In this document: in pieces, positions 1-8,551 of the stretch
Layout: every line of letters starts with the position of its first letter
Position numbering within the stretch: the stretch's first letter is position 1
Source of the DNA: Okeania sp.
GTDB taxonomy: Bacteria > Cyanobacteriota > Cyanobacteriia > Cyanobacteriales > Microcoleaceae
Length of the DNA stretch: 32,000 nt
Direction of reading: 5' to 3'
NCBI RefSeq assembly: GCF_035285525.1
Contig: NZ_JAYKGW010000059.1
Location: forward strand, 3,233-35,232
Program-made: the position numbers and the translations under genes
Notes under the pieces: generated by a model
What the model was told of the DNA's origin: nothing
The model's input: the letters and a program-made list of their open reading frames with translations, nothing else
Databases searched by the model: none

Positions 1-9
1 GTTGGTAAA

Positions 10-2145
10 ATGACGAGTACCATTGCAGATAATCGGGGGGAAGACTTTACAAAACAGTTTGAAGGAGTTAAGGATGTATTTTCAGAAAATAAAGAAAGTC
101 TGGAGAATGTACTAAAGAAAATCAAGGAAGGTATTCAAAGCAGTAAGAAAGCAACAAATGAGATCGCAACTAGAAAGCGTAGTAACGCAATAATATTGTC
201 CGAGAAGCCAGAAGTAACCATCCCCGGACAGAGTGAAGAAGTAAAACCAGAAGAGAAAAAAAATGAGGAAAGTGTATCGCAATGGTCATACATATCTAAA
301 AATCTTAGTTCGCCAATATCTGACGTAATTGCTGGCTTTAGGGCGTTGAGTGTTCCTGAGTCTAAAATTTTGGCACAAGCAGATCAACTCAAAACACAAG
401 ACGAAGAATGGAACCAAACTATCACAGAAATCAAAGAATTTACCAAGGAAAAGACAGAGTTATTCAGGGAATATCTAGCAACTTTGGAGTTACTTAGCAA
501 CTTATCATATAGACTTCAAGAAAATACATTTATGAGTTTAAAACTCGGAGATGAGGCCATAACAAAAACAGGTGCTGCCGATCCTGATTTACTAGATTTT
601 GCCCTTGAACTGGAAAATCGCTCTCAGGAGCAATTAATTTATCAATTGTACTTGATGACAAAAGCTTATGAAACAACTGCTTTTGAGAAGTCAGAGATTA
701 GCTGGCATAGAGATAATTTATTTGACAAAATAATAGATAATATCAAGGATAAGCCTTTTGAAGACTTGGACAAGACAGCAAGAGAATTGAGTCCGATATT
801 TACGCAAAATTTAAACAAAATCAAACAGAAAACACTGAATTTTTTAACGGAGAAAAGGCATACATCCCATACCTTTAATATTACTATCAGTGACCAATCA
901 AACCCAAGTTTAATGAAGCAATTGAGAACAGAAGGAGAGATTTCTTTCAATCCTTTCGATTTTGGCCATATCAGGCCAAAGTTCCATTACATGAAGTTTC
1001 AAACAATTGCTGAAATAAATATCCATTTTAAAGATAAAAACTCACAAACATCACTTGATTTACTTAAATCAAACAATACTTATCCTCAAATAATAATCAA
1101 AGATGAGGGGGTTGTCAGAGTAAATGATGAAATATATATGGTAAGAAGTATTCCTCGTATTTTGACTTGGAGTATAAGGAAAGGTAAAAAAGATGAAGAG
1201 CCTGAACCTGAAAAAGAAAAGTTACGTCTAGATTCATCCAATAAGATCGATCAGTTCTTTCAGACAGTTATTGGGGATACTACGGGAGAAAAATGTCAAC
1301 ATTTAGCTCTACCCCCAGCATGGTCTGATATGAAATTTCAACTAAACAACGCCAGCTCTGAAAAACTGCTAGAAAATTTAGAATCTCTTGAGTTGACCCT
1401 AGAATATGAAGTAGTGGATACTCCCAGAGACGGGCAAGGCAATCAAAAGCAGTGTGTTATCGATCTGAGGAGTCCAAATGCTCCAGGCGCAAGCTTCGAG
1501 ATCAGTGGGTTGAGTCAGGAAAAGATTCAGGTTGTTGGGCAATATTATGCAATAACGAAACAGCATAAGAAGATTGAAATTACCGCTAGCAAAGAAGCAA
1601 ATGAGCTGAAATTTCTTGAATGGAACTTAGTTACGGAGAATGAAAAAGTAATAATAAAAGAAAAAACTATCTCTGTAGATTTGAGCGACCAAAAGATCAG
1701 AAATAAACTTCTGAGAATTGAGTGTGTTTATGGAACTGAGGCTCAAGAAAGGGAAAGGGAAAGAAGACATACTCGCGCAGTATGTAAACCTTTGGGAAGT
1801 ACAAAAGATTTTGAGGATATGCCTCCTATTGAGGATATTGCTTTTACAGTAGGAGTTGATGGAGTTGCTGCACCAGATGTTGAGAATTTTGCTATTGCAG
1901 GAGTTGATGGAGCTGGTACACAGTCTGTAATCTTTGAACTTCAAGCATTAACTTTATATTCTGAGCCTGACGATGATTCACCAGTAATAGATTGTGTCGA
2001 AGAAGATATGCTGACTTCATATAATGATGAGGGAGAAGATATTCCTTCGGGGTGGGCAAAGGTTACAACTGATAGACTTACTGGATTTGTCAAAAAAGAA
2101 GACGTGGCTGAATTAAGGGTTGAACCTCACGGAGTGACAAACTAG
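10..2145 (+). CDS. Large hypothetical protein (711 aa from first ATG). The frame is open back to window position 1 (gtt ggt aaa atg), so it may be 5'-truncated by the window edge.
   Basis: Long uninterrupted ORF with no stop between nt 1 and 9 in the same frame. The N-terminal part is charged and helical, the middle has beta-rich segments, and there is an acidic C-terminal stretch. The tail GWAKVTTDRLTGFVKKEDV weakly resembles a bacterial SH3 motif. No catalytic motif recognised. Confidence 0.6.
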   Translation: MTSTIADNRGEDFTKQFEGVKDVFSENKESLENVLKKIKEGIQSSKKATNEIATRKRSNAIILSEKPEVTIPGQSEEVKPEEKKNEESVSQWSYISKNLSSPISDVIAGFRALSVPESKILAQADQLKTQDEEWNQTITEIKEFTKEKTELFREYLATLELLSNLSYRLQENTFMSLKLGDEAITKTGAADPDLLDFALELENRSQEQLIYQLYLMTKAYETTAFEKSEISWHRDNLFDKIIDNIKDKPFEDLDKTARELSPIFTQNLNKIKQKTLNFLTEKRHTSHTFNITISDQSNPSLMKQLRTEGEISFNPFDFGHIRPKFHYMKFQTIAEINIHFKDKNSQTSLDLLKSNNTYPQIIIKDEGVVRVNDEIYMVRSIPRILTWSIRKGKKDEEPEPEKEKLRLDSSNKIDQFFQTVIGDTTGEKCQHLALPPAWSDMKFQLNNASSEKLLENLESLELTLEYEVVDTPRDGQGNQKQCVIDLRSPNAPGASFEISGLSQEKIQVVGQYYAITKQHKKIEITASKEANELKFLEWNLVTENEKVIIKEKTISVDLSDQKIRNKLLRIECVYGTEAQERERERRHTRAVCKPLGSTKDFEDMPPIEDIAFTVGVDGVAAPDVENFAIAGVDGAGTQSVIFELQALTLYSEPDDDSPVIDCVEEDMLTSYNDEGEDIPSGWAKVTTDRLTGFVKKEDVAELRVEPHGVTN

Positions 2146-2225
2146 CTGGAAGATAGATATATCTAGGAATTTATAGATTAAATTGAAGAATATTTCAAGT
2201 TAAATCTCAAGTCTATTGAGAATAA

Positions 2226-2264
2226 GGGGGAGTTGGTGAATGCTTTACGTTCACTAACTCCCCC
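2226..2264. terminator. GC-rich hairpin between convergent genes (possible bidirectional terminator)
   Basis: The arms gggggagttggtgaa and ttcactaactccccc pair over 15 bp with one G-T position, around a 9-nt loop. It lies 80 nt after the ORF1 stop and 110 nt after the minus-strand small ORF stop. There is no clean U-tract. Confidence 0.3.
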
Positions 2265-2372
2265 ATACCTTAGATTGATTATTTTAGGACTTACCCATGA
2301 CAAGGTATTTTCGTCATTGTGACTGACAGGGAAGCAATCTCAAAATGTATCTCCTCGTCTCTGCTTTTAAGG

Positions 2373-2549
2373 TTAACGTCTCGCTTCTCTTCTCTGCTTT
2401 GGTCCTGCCAACGCAACGCAAGAATTGAAAACCACATTTTCATAATGTCCTTGAGCATTTTTTGTAGGAGTAATACAGCCAGTAGGAACAGTCAATGCAG
2501 CCATAGCTACCATTAGACAAAACAACAATCCACAAAGAATTCTTTTCAT
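2373..2549 (-). CDS. Small putative secreted protein or lipoprotein (58 aa from internal ATG)
   Basis: MKRILCGLLFCLMVAMAALTVPTGC has the form basic N-terminus, hydrophobic core, Cys, i.e. signal-peptide-like with an atypical lipobox. No clear SD. The opposite-strand ORF 2319..2516 is its shadow. Confidence 0.3.
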   Translation of the reverse strand: MKRILCGLLFCLMVAMAALTVPTGCITPTKNAQGHYENVVFNSCVALAGPKQRREARR

Positions 2550-2665
2550 TTTTATTACCAAAATCAACAGCACTATCAATCAATTGTGCATAAGGATACT
2601 ACCTTGATTTTTTGTAAAGCAGAGCAATTTTACAAAAGTTTAACACTTTATTTGATTTATCGACA

Positions 2666-2904
2666 AAAAAGTAGGGACCTATCGCGGCGCGACATGAAAG
2701 GCATTTTTGTCGGTGCAACGTCCCTACTTTTTAATGTAAAGGACTTACCCATGAACGCTATTAGTAGGGTGCGTTTTTGCGCTTCGCTTTATATGTCGCG
2801 CAGCGAAACGGCGCTTGAGCCGACATGGAAAGCGGAGCAGTCCCTGTACGATAACGCTGCGCGACATGAAAAGGCGCACTTCCGTAACGCACCACTATTA
2901 GTTT
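2666..2904. repeat. Cluster of MITE fragments (family A related)
   Basis: A 13-bp inverted repeat aaaaagtagggac/gtccctacttttt lies at 2666-2678 and 2720-2732. From 2741, ggacttacccatgaacgctattagtagggtgcg matches the left ends of the elements at 10348, 19141 and 26455. The inner inverted repeat is ctattagtagggtgcg / cgcaccactattag. The track ORF 2586..2906 is translated repeat. Confidence 0.55.
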
Positions 2905-3000
2905 AAAAATCATCTTTACCAGCTAATCTGTGGAGTTAGGCTTCTCTTCCATAAAAAAGGTGCGTTAGCGAAGCGTAACGCACCCTAATGGACTGACCAC

Positions 3001-3192
3001 CTAAAATTGTGCATCGGGTAGGGGCGGGTTTGATCAGAAATTTTCATGCTTACTCTAAGATTTACATAAACCCGCCCCGTTAGAGGGTGGATTATATCAT
3101 AAGGGGGCGGGTTTGTCTGACTTACTTGTGAAAACTCGTTAACTCACTTGTAAAACCCGCCCCTACGGTGTCTTCCTAATGCACCATTTTAG
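3001..3192. mobile_element. MITE-like element, family B (192 bp, two internal GC hairpins)
   Basis: Terminal inverted repeat ctaaaattgtgcat (3001-3014) / atgcaccattttag (3179-3192), 13 of 14 matching. Internal hairpins are ggggcgggttt...aaacccgcccc at 3021-3078 and 3103-3163. Related copies occur at 4395, 6061 and 6403. Confidence 0.5.
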
Positions 3193-3249
3193 ATGAAACA
3201 ATACACTACTTTTTAATCTACTAAAATGAAAAGTGTTTTAGATTATAAA

Positions 3250-4350
3250 TTAATTTTTCTTCTGCTGATTTTTTTGGTCTAAAACAACTTCTTTTAAAGC
3301 TTGGAATGAACGAGAGTTTGATGCTCCTTCGATCGCTTTGACTGCTAAATCTTGAACCTGAATTAATGTGGAATCTAATTGTTGAGATAAACTCTTAATC
3401 CGCTGTTCTTGATTATGAATTGTTTGTTGTAAAGATTGAATGCGCAGTTCATAATATTGTTTTTCTCCATCTACTTCTTTTGCTAATAAATCGGCTTTAA
3501 CTTTGGCTTGATAATTACCAATATTTCGCCCATTTTCTTTTCCATTTTTAATATTAGTTTCTAGCTGTTTTTCAAAGTCTTGTACTTTTAATTCTACTTC
3601 AGCATATTCTTTTTCCCGTTCAGAAATAGACTGTTCTTTTTCTGACCATAACTTCTCCTGTTCTTTTTGAGATTCTTCTAATTCATTATACAAATTTTTC
3701 TTGTTTTGTTCATATTCATCAATATCTAAATCTCGTTGCAAATCCAAATCATATTGATAAGTTTCTGCCTCCCGTTGCCGAACTTTATTTTCCTGTTCAT
3801 TTCGTTCTTTAATATTGCGTTGATATTCCTGTTGTTCCTTCTCCCAAGTTTTTTTACTAGACTCCATTTCCTGTTGTAAATTTTCCTGGCGATCGCTAAA
3901 TTCAGCTTCAAATTCTTTAGAGTTTTGTTCATATTGTTGAATCAAATTATCTAAAGTATTGTCTTCAACATTTTCTAAATTATGTAAATGGTTTAATTGT
4001 TTAATTTCTTCTGCAACTTTTTCTCTAACTTCTCCTAATTTAGTAGCTTCTGAAGTGAGCTTTTCTGATAATTCGCTAATAGCTCCACCAAAACCATTTT
4101 GGAGTGCGAGTAAATTTTCAATTGTATATTGCATAGTTTGTTTGTTAAGAGTTTGATTTGATTTCATAGTTTGTTTGACCTCTTTTTCTGGTTGATTTGA
4201 ACTGGAATTTGCAGATGTTTGAGTAGTAGCTTTTCCTCCCTGACTTAACTGTTCTATTTCTGCTTCTAAGAAAGAATTTTCTGATTTTAATTCCTGAAAA
4301 GCTTGTAAAATTTCAGCTTTGGTACTTTTAGAATTAACTGATTTAGTCAT
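3250..4350 (-). CDS. Coiled-coil-rich protein (366 aa), paralog of 5005..6000
   Basis: Heptad-rich E/K/Q composition, with SD aggag 10 nt before the ATG. It is colinear with its neighbour: RQENLQQEMESSKKTWEKEQQEY vs HQENLTKDMTTKRKAWQKEQQEF, YQYDLDLQR vs YQYELERQR, KVKADLLAKE vs KVKADLFAKE. Confidence 0.8.
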   Translation of the reverse strand: MTKSVNSKSTKAEILQAFQELKSENSFLEAEIEQLSQGGKATTQTSANSSSNQPEKEVKQTMKSNQTLNKQTMQYTIENLLALQNGFGGAISELSEKLTSEATKLGEVREKVAEEIKQLNHLHNLENVEDNTLDNLIQQYEQNSKEFEAEFSDRQENLQQEMESSKKTWEKEQQEYQRNIKERNEQENKVRQREAETYQYDLDLQRDLDIDEYEQNKKNLYNELEESQKEQEKLWSEKEQSISEREKEYAEVELKVQDFEKQLETNIKNGKENGRNIGNYQAKVKADLLAKEVDGEKQYYELRIQSLQQTIHNQEQRIKSLSQQLDSTLIQVQDLAVKAIEGASNSRSFQALKEVVLDQKNQQKKN

Positions 4351-4394
4351 TTGTTTTTTCTCCTATTTATTTTGTAAGTAGTTGACTGAAATAT

Positions 4395-4562
4395 CTAAAA
4401 TTGTGCATGGGGTAGGGGCAGGTTAGACATTAATGAATAATGAATAATGAAATAAGATTTCTACTTATTGTCTACTATCTCTCCCTTTTAACTAAAGGTA
4501 ATTATTAATTATTTATTATTAATTATTATAAACCCGCTCCAGAATCTAACGCACTAAATTAG
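4395..4562. mobile_element. MITE-like element, family B (degenerate copy)
   Basis: The left end ctaaaattgtgcat is identical to 3001-3014. It also has ggggcaggtt...aaacccgctcc arms and an AT-rich taattattaat core. The right end acgcactaaattag is a partial inverted repeat. Confidence 0.45.
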
Positions 4563-4750
4563 TTGTCTCGTTCGAGTAGTGAACTGACACCCTTAAAAAT
4601 GTAGTTTGCTTCCGCTTTACTCAACCCAATCTACGCCTAATAGTTGAGCGCTGAATGCTTACTTTTGACTTTTGACTTGAACTCCTTTAATATTGTTAGG
4701 TTTCGTTCCATGCTTCGCAAGGAAGTGCGCGAACAACCCAACCTACAACT

Positions 4751-4812
4751 AGGGTTTGGAGACCAAACCCCGTTAGATGAAATCTTACAAGTTATTTAGA
4801 GCGATTAGCTAT
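4751..4812. repeat. Half copy of family D element
   Basis: Hairpin agggtttggagaccaaacccc followed by gaaatcttacaagttatttagag, matching the right half of 4856-4979. Confidence 0.5.
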
Positions 4813-4855
4813 CAGCTCAAAAGTTTAAAAATCATTGATTATTTGCTATTTGCTA

Positions 4856-4979
4856 ATATAGTAATCCTAAATAATTTGTGAAAGAAAACTTTAGGGGTTT
4901 GGTTTCTAAATCCCGTTGCTAGGGTTTGGAGACCAAACCCCTAGGTTGAAATCTTACAACCTATTTAGAATTGCTATAG
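4856..4979. mobile_element. MITE-like element, family D (~124 bp)
   Basis: The ~30-bp imperfect terminal inverted repeat is atatagtaatcctaaataatttgtgaaag / ttgaaatcttacaacctatttagaattgctatag. The central hairpin is gggtttgg-aga-ccaaaccc. A second full copy is at 15383-15479, and a solo hairpin is at 7049-7065. Confidence 0.5.
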
Positions 4980-5004
4980 TTACAAGCAAGATACTTGTAC
5001 TATT

Positions 5005-6000
5005 TTATTTAGATTGAGAACTATTATTAGAACTAGCAAAAGCTCTCATTGCTAAATCTTGTGTTTGCTGAATAGCAGCTTGTAACTGAGTAGAAATATC
5101 ACTAATTTGTTCAGTTTGTCGCTGAATAGTTTCTGACAAAGATTGAATTTTTAATTCATAACCATTCTTCATTCCTTCCCATTCTTTGGCAAATAAATCA
5201 GCTTTAACTTTTGCCTCCCGGTTGGCTTCTTGAACTGCCTCTTCTTTAGCTTTAACAAAAGCCTGTTTCAACTCTTCTTCAAAACCATTAACTTTCTCTC
5301 TGTCTGCTTCAAATTTAGTTTGATTTTCTGCCAAATAACTTTCCCTTTCTTGCCATTGTTTTTCTTTTTGTTGACCTAAATATCGTAATTCTCGTTCCAT
5401 ATTTCGTTTCATTTCTTCGTAGTCATCTGTTTCAATTTTACGTTGACGTTCTAACTCATATTGATAGTCAGAAACCTCTTTTTCCCGTTGTTTAATTAAC
5501 AATTGATTTTGTTCTTCAATTGTTAATTCAAACTCTTGTTGTTCTTTTTGCCAAGCTTTGCGCTTAGTCGTCATATCTTTTGTCAAATTTTCTTGATGTT
5601 CGTTAAAATTACGTTCTATTAACCCTAACTTTTCTTGATGTTCTTGAGTTAAAATATGGAGTGCATCAGCAACAACCCGAATTTTTTGTAACTCTTGTAA
5701 ATGTTGATTTTCTATTTCAATGGCAAGTTTTAATTCATTAAGTTTTGCCGATTCTTGGTGTAAGTTTTGTAATAATTGGTTCACAATACTACCAAAATCT
5801 AATTGTAGATCGGCTAAACCTTTAACAATAGTATCATTAGTATAAGTAACAGCAGTTTCTAAGATTTGTTTACCTTTTTCTTTCTCTGCTTCTTCCTCCT
5901 TAGTTGCTACTTTTGATGTGATATTTTTGCGAGCATTTAAAATTTGCTCAAAGGATTTCATTACTTTAAATTTGCTGTTTTCAGAAGTAGTTGTTGTCAT
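5005..6000 (-). CDS. Coiled-coil-rich protein (331 aa), paralog of 3250..4350
   Basis: Same architecture and colinear motifs as 3250..4350. SD gagagg lies upstream of the ATG. It is on the same strand, 655 bp upstream of its paralog. Confidence 0.8.
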   Translation of the reverse strand: MTTTTSENSKFKVMKSFEQILNARKNITSKVATKEEEAEKEKGKQILETAVTYTNDTIVKGLADLQLDFGSIVNQLLQNLHQESAKLNELKLAIEIENQHLQELQKIRVVADALHILTQEHQEKLGLIERNFNEHQENLTKDMTTKRKAWQKEQQEFELTIEEQNQLLIKQREKEVSDYQYELERQRKIETDDYEEMKRNMERELRYLGQQKEKQWQERESYLAENQTKFEADREKVNGFEEELKQAFVKAKEEAVQEANREAKVKADLFAKEWEGMKNGYELKIQSLSETIQRQTEQISDISTQLQAAIQQTQDLAMRAFASSNNSSQSK

Positions 6001-6060
6001 TTTTTTTCCTCTCTTAGTAATCTGAATTTAATTGCGACTTAACCTAGTGAACTGGCACAT

Positions 6061-6133
6061 CTAATTTTGTGCATTAGGGCGCGTTTGTATAAATCTTAAA
6101 GTAACCACAAAAATTATAGCTAAAACCCGCTCC
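6061..6133. repeat. Family B hairpin unit (copy 1 of a direct pair)
   Basis: ctaattttgtgcat + gggcgcgtttgtataaatcttaaagtaaccacaaaaattatagctaaaacccgctcctact. About 90 percent identical by eye to 6403-6459. Confidence 0.5.
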
Positions 6134-6402
6134 TACTATACATAATTAATGATTATTAAATACTGGAGAGTACAAAGTTATCCTAAAAAATGATTTATTT
6201 CCAGGCTGAAAGTATTGCTAATAAAGGTTGGCAATGCCTACAAACTTGGATAGAAAGTTTCTAAATTTTTAGATGGCTGAAAGCCTTAGTTAGCAATAGC
6301 GATCGCTAGAACTTTGCACTGTCGAGTTAATTAATTTATAACTCGTATTACACCATTTTCTCTGTGTCATTCCACTACTATATTTACTACTGATAACTGA
6401 AA

Positions 6403-6459
6403 GGGCGGGTTTGTATAAATCTTAAAGTCAGCACAAAAATTATAGCTAAAAACCGCCCC
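6403..6459. repeat. Family B hairpin unit (copy 2)
   Basis: gggcgggtttgtataaatcttaaagtcagcacaaaaattatagctaaaaaccgcccct, a direct repeat of 6077-6133 about 340 bp away. Confidence 0.5.
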
Positions 6460-6675
6460 TACTCTAGATAATTAATAATTAATAATTATTAATTAATTTG
6501 CCATCTTTGCCACACTTACTGCTTAACCTAATTTCCGAATTTGTGTCAAAATAGCTTCATATTATTGAGCAGTATTTAATGTTTGATTAGCTGTTTATAG
6601 AGATAATAAGTTGAGATTTTTTTGGTATTTTTTCACAAGGATTCTTTTTCCAAAAATCACAATAATTTATCAACT

Positions 6676-6912
6676 CTAAAATAGTCGATTTAACCGATCA
6701 TTTTCTGTTAGTAATACTTGGTGATTTTTGCGAATAGATTCAACAACCAAACTAATATGTTGCAAATCTTGACTAAAGTTTTCCAAGTCATTAATAGTAT
6801 CAGCTCGAATTTGATGCTTAACTTCTATTTTGCCGTGCAAATTATCTTCCCACTGTTGCTTTAGTGGTGTTTTTGTACCCTGATGAATAGTGAATTTGCG
6901 AATTTTAATCAT
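6676..6912 (-). CDS. Hypothetical small protein (78 aa)
   Basis: ORF with agga 9 nt upstream of the ATG and no overlap with repeats. No recognisable motif. Confidence 0.45.
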   Translation of the reverse strand: MIKIRKFTIHQGTKTPLKQQWEDNLHGKIEVKHQIRADTINDLENFSQDLQHISLVVESIRKNHQVLLTENDRLNRLF

Positions 6913-6960
6913 TTGTATTTCCTGGAGTTTTCAGATTTTTTATTAGCGCTCTTAGCAGTC

Positions 6961-7104
6961 ATCTCAAATCCGCTGTTTTGGAGAATAAGGTTCTACCATC
7001 ATTATTGGTAAAAACTCTTAGTTTGTAGAGGGTACGGTTCCCGAAAAATTGGAGACCAAACCCCTACGGAGAGAGAATTATACCGATACTAGCGGATTTG
7101 ATAT
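6961..7104. mobile_element. MITE-like composite (144 bp)
   Basis: Terminal inverted repeat atctcaaatccgct (6961-6974) / agcggatttgatat (7091-7104), 13 of 14 matching. It encloses pieces of family C (ggtacggttcccgaaaaa) and family D (ttggagaccaaacccct). Confidence 0.45.
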
Positions 7105-7274
7105 CCACTATCAGCTTTTGTTTGAGGCTTTTGAATGTAATACTTACTAAGATTAACTGACAGCCTTTTTCTCAATAACTTTTAATTCTCTTTGGAATTA
7201 ATTTATCCTTTGAAAATAATGAGTTAATAACCCATAGCTGAGTGCTGATAACTGAATGCTAAATGCTTAAAAAT

Positions 7275-7979
7275 TTATGAAGATAATGCACTAGCTACAG
7301 GCTGATTTCCAGATAATAAAGTTGTATCATTACCAAAATTTAAACTCTTTCCTGAATCTTGAGGATTAGTATGAGCAGACATCAAACTAGCAGTTTCATG
7401 GGGAGATAAATTATCTAAACAAACCATTTTTCTGGTACCATCTAAATCAATCATTCTTGATAGATTATTTTCCTCAGAAAGCACTGCTGCTGCTTGATGA
7501 ATAATTGACCAGTCTGTACGTTCTTGCCAATGCCATTTTAAACTGTAATAATTAATAGGTTTTACTACTCCATTTTTATCTGGTTTTTGACCGCTATGTT
7601 TCACAAATTCAGGAATAAAAATTCCTGTGGCTGGTTCAATTCCATTGGCTTGAACTGAAGCAATTAAACGATTAAAATCATTCAAAGAACGACTTTTAAT
7701 ATATGTCACCATTAATACTCCTTGAGGTAATTCTCCTGATTCAGCAACAAACCAAAGTTGACCCCATAATGTATTAATTGTTTGACCTAAATTACCAAAA
7801 AATTTGCTGAATTTAAGGATTGTCATTGATACTTTGGAACCGTAATCTGTGTCGCCAATTACCCATTGTCCTGATTGACAATTATTACGAACCGCAATAG
7901 GAATTTCTGGTACTAATAAGGCTTGTTTTGGTTTATAACCAAAAACATCTATTTTAGGTTTTGTATTAGTATTAGACAT
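7275..7979 (-). CDS. Hypothetical protein (234 aa from MSNTNTK)
   Basis: Long ORF with non-repetitive, globular-looking composition. I prefer the internal ATG at 7979 because the upstream 20 codons are K-rich and low complexity. No family recognised by eye. Confidence 0.7.
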   Translation of the reverse strand: MSNTNTKPKIDVFGYKPKQALLVPEIPIAVRNNCQSGQWVIGDTDYGSKVSMTILKFSKFFGNLGQTINTLWGQLWFVAESGELPQGVLMVTYIKSRSLNDFNRLIASVQANGIEPATGIFIPEFVKHSGQKPDKNGVVKPINYYSLKWHWQERTDWSIIHQAAAVLSEENNLSRMIDLDGTRKMVCLDNLSPHETASLMSAHTNPQDSGKSLNFGNDTTLLSGNQPVASALSS

Positions 7980-8104
7980 TTTTTTCTTTCTTTTTAGTTT
8001 AGTTTGTTTCGAGTTTTTTGTTGTTAGTTGAAGTAGCATTTAACTGTCAACTATAAGCTATCAGATATCATCTTTTTAAGGTGTATAAATATCAAACATC
8101 CTGT

Positions 8105-8212
8105 GTACTTACAGGAAATCCAGATAAACAACCCCCAGTGGGATTTTTCGGGAACCGTGCATCCTGCTCCTGAGTTCCTGCCTAGGAGCACGGGAGCAGG
8201 ATGCTCCCACTG
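8105..8212. repeat. Structured repeat, family C (copy 1)
   Basis: The nested stems are cagtggga...tcccactg (outer) and gcatcctgctcc...ggagcaggatgc (inner, 12 bp perfect). The conserved core is ttttcgggaaccgtgcat. Confidence 0.55.
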
Positions 8213-8377
8213 TTGAAATAATTACAATAGAATACGCTGAAAGCTTAAAAAGCGAAGAGGGAGATTTGCCTTTCAAATGAAAATAAGTTTGGCGATCGCT
8301 TCAGCAGAACAAAGTTCGATCCCTAATTATCCAGATACAATCAGGAGTTACGGAAAAACCTAATTGGTAGTCGCATG

Positions 8378-8510
8378 TAGTTACAGGAGATGGAAATAAA
8401 TAATCCCCAGTGGGATTTTTCGGGAACCGTGCATCTTGCTCGCAAGTATATTCTCCCGCATGTTGCCCGCGAGTTCGTGCTAGCAAGTACGGGAGCAAGA
8501 TGCTCCCACT
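8378..8510. repeat. Structured repeat, family C (copy 2)
   Basis: Same outer stem and ttttcgggaaccgtgcat core as copy 1. The inner stem differs by compensatory changes (catcttgctc...gagcaagatg). The track ORF 8301..8498 is translated repeat. Confidence 0.55.
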
Positions 8511-8551
8511 ACTTTTCCTTCTGCCTTTCTCCCCCCCCTACTCCCTACTCC

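Noticed and set aside
666-1944. Antisense ORFs 666..950 and 1627..1944. The same applies to 2319..2516, 3726..3932, 3959..4156, 9431..9655, 12409..12624, 19910..20134, 21606..21818, 24436..24618, 25002..25190, 26865..27053, 27137..27430, 27443..27628, 27683..27916 and 29849..30055.
   Set aside because: These are short ORFs that overlap, or are alternate-frame or antisense to, much longer motif-bearing genes (ORF 2319..2516 shadows the weakly supported small gene 2373..2549), or they run through repeat DNA. They show hydrophobic or low-complexity shadow composition and no SD.
2586-2906. 106-aa plus-strand ORF
   Set aside because: It runs entirely through family A MITE fragments, and the same sequence blocks recur non-coding at 10480-10560 and 19141-19250. 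It is repeat-derived.
8301-8498. 65-aa minus-strand ORF
   Set aside because: It lies inside copy 2 of the family C nested-hairpin repeat. Homologous DNA at 8105-8212 is not open in the same frame.
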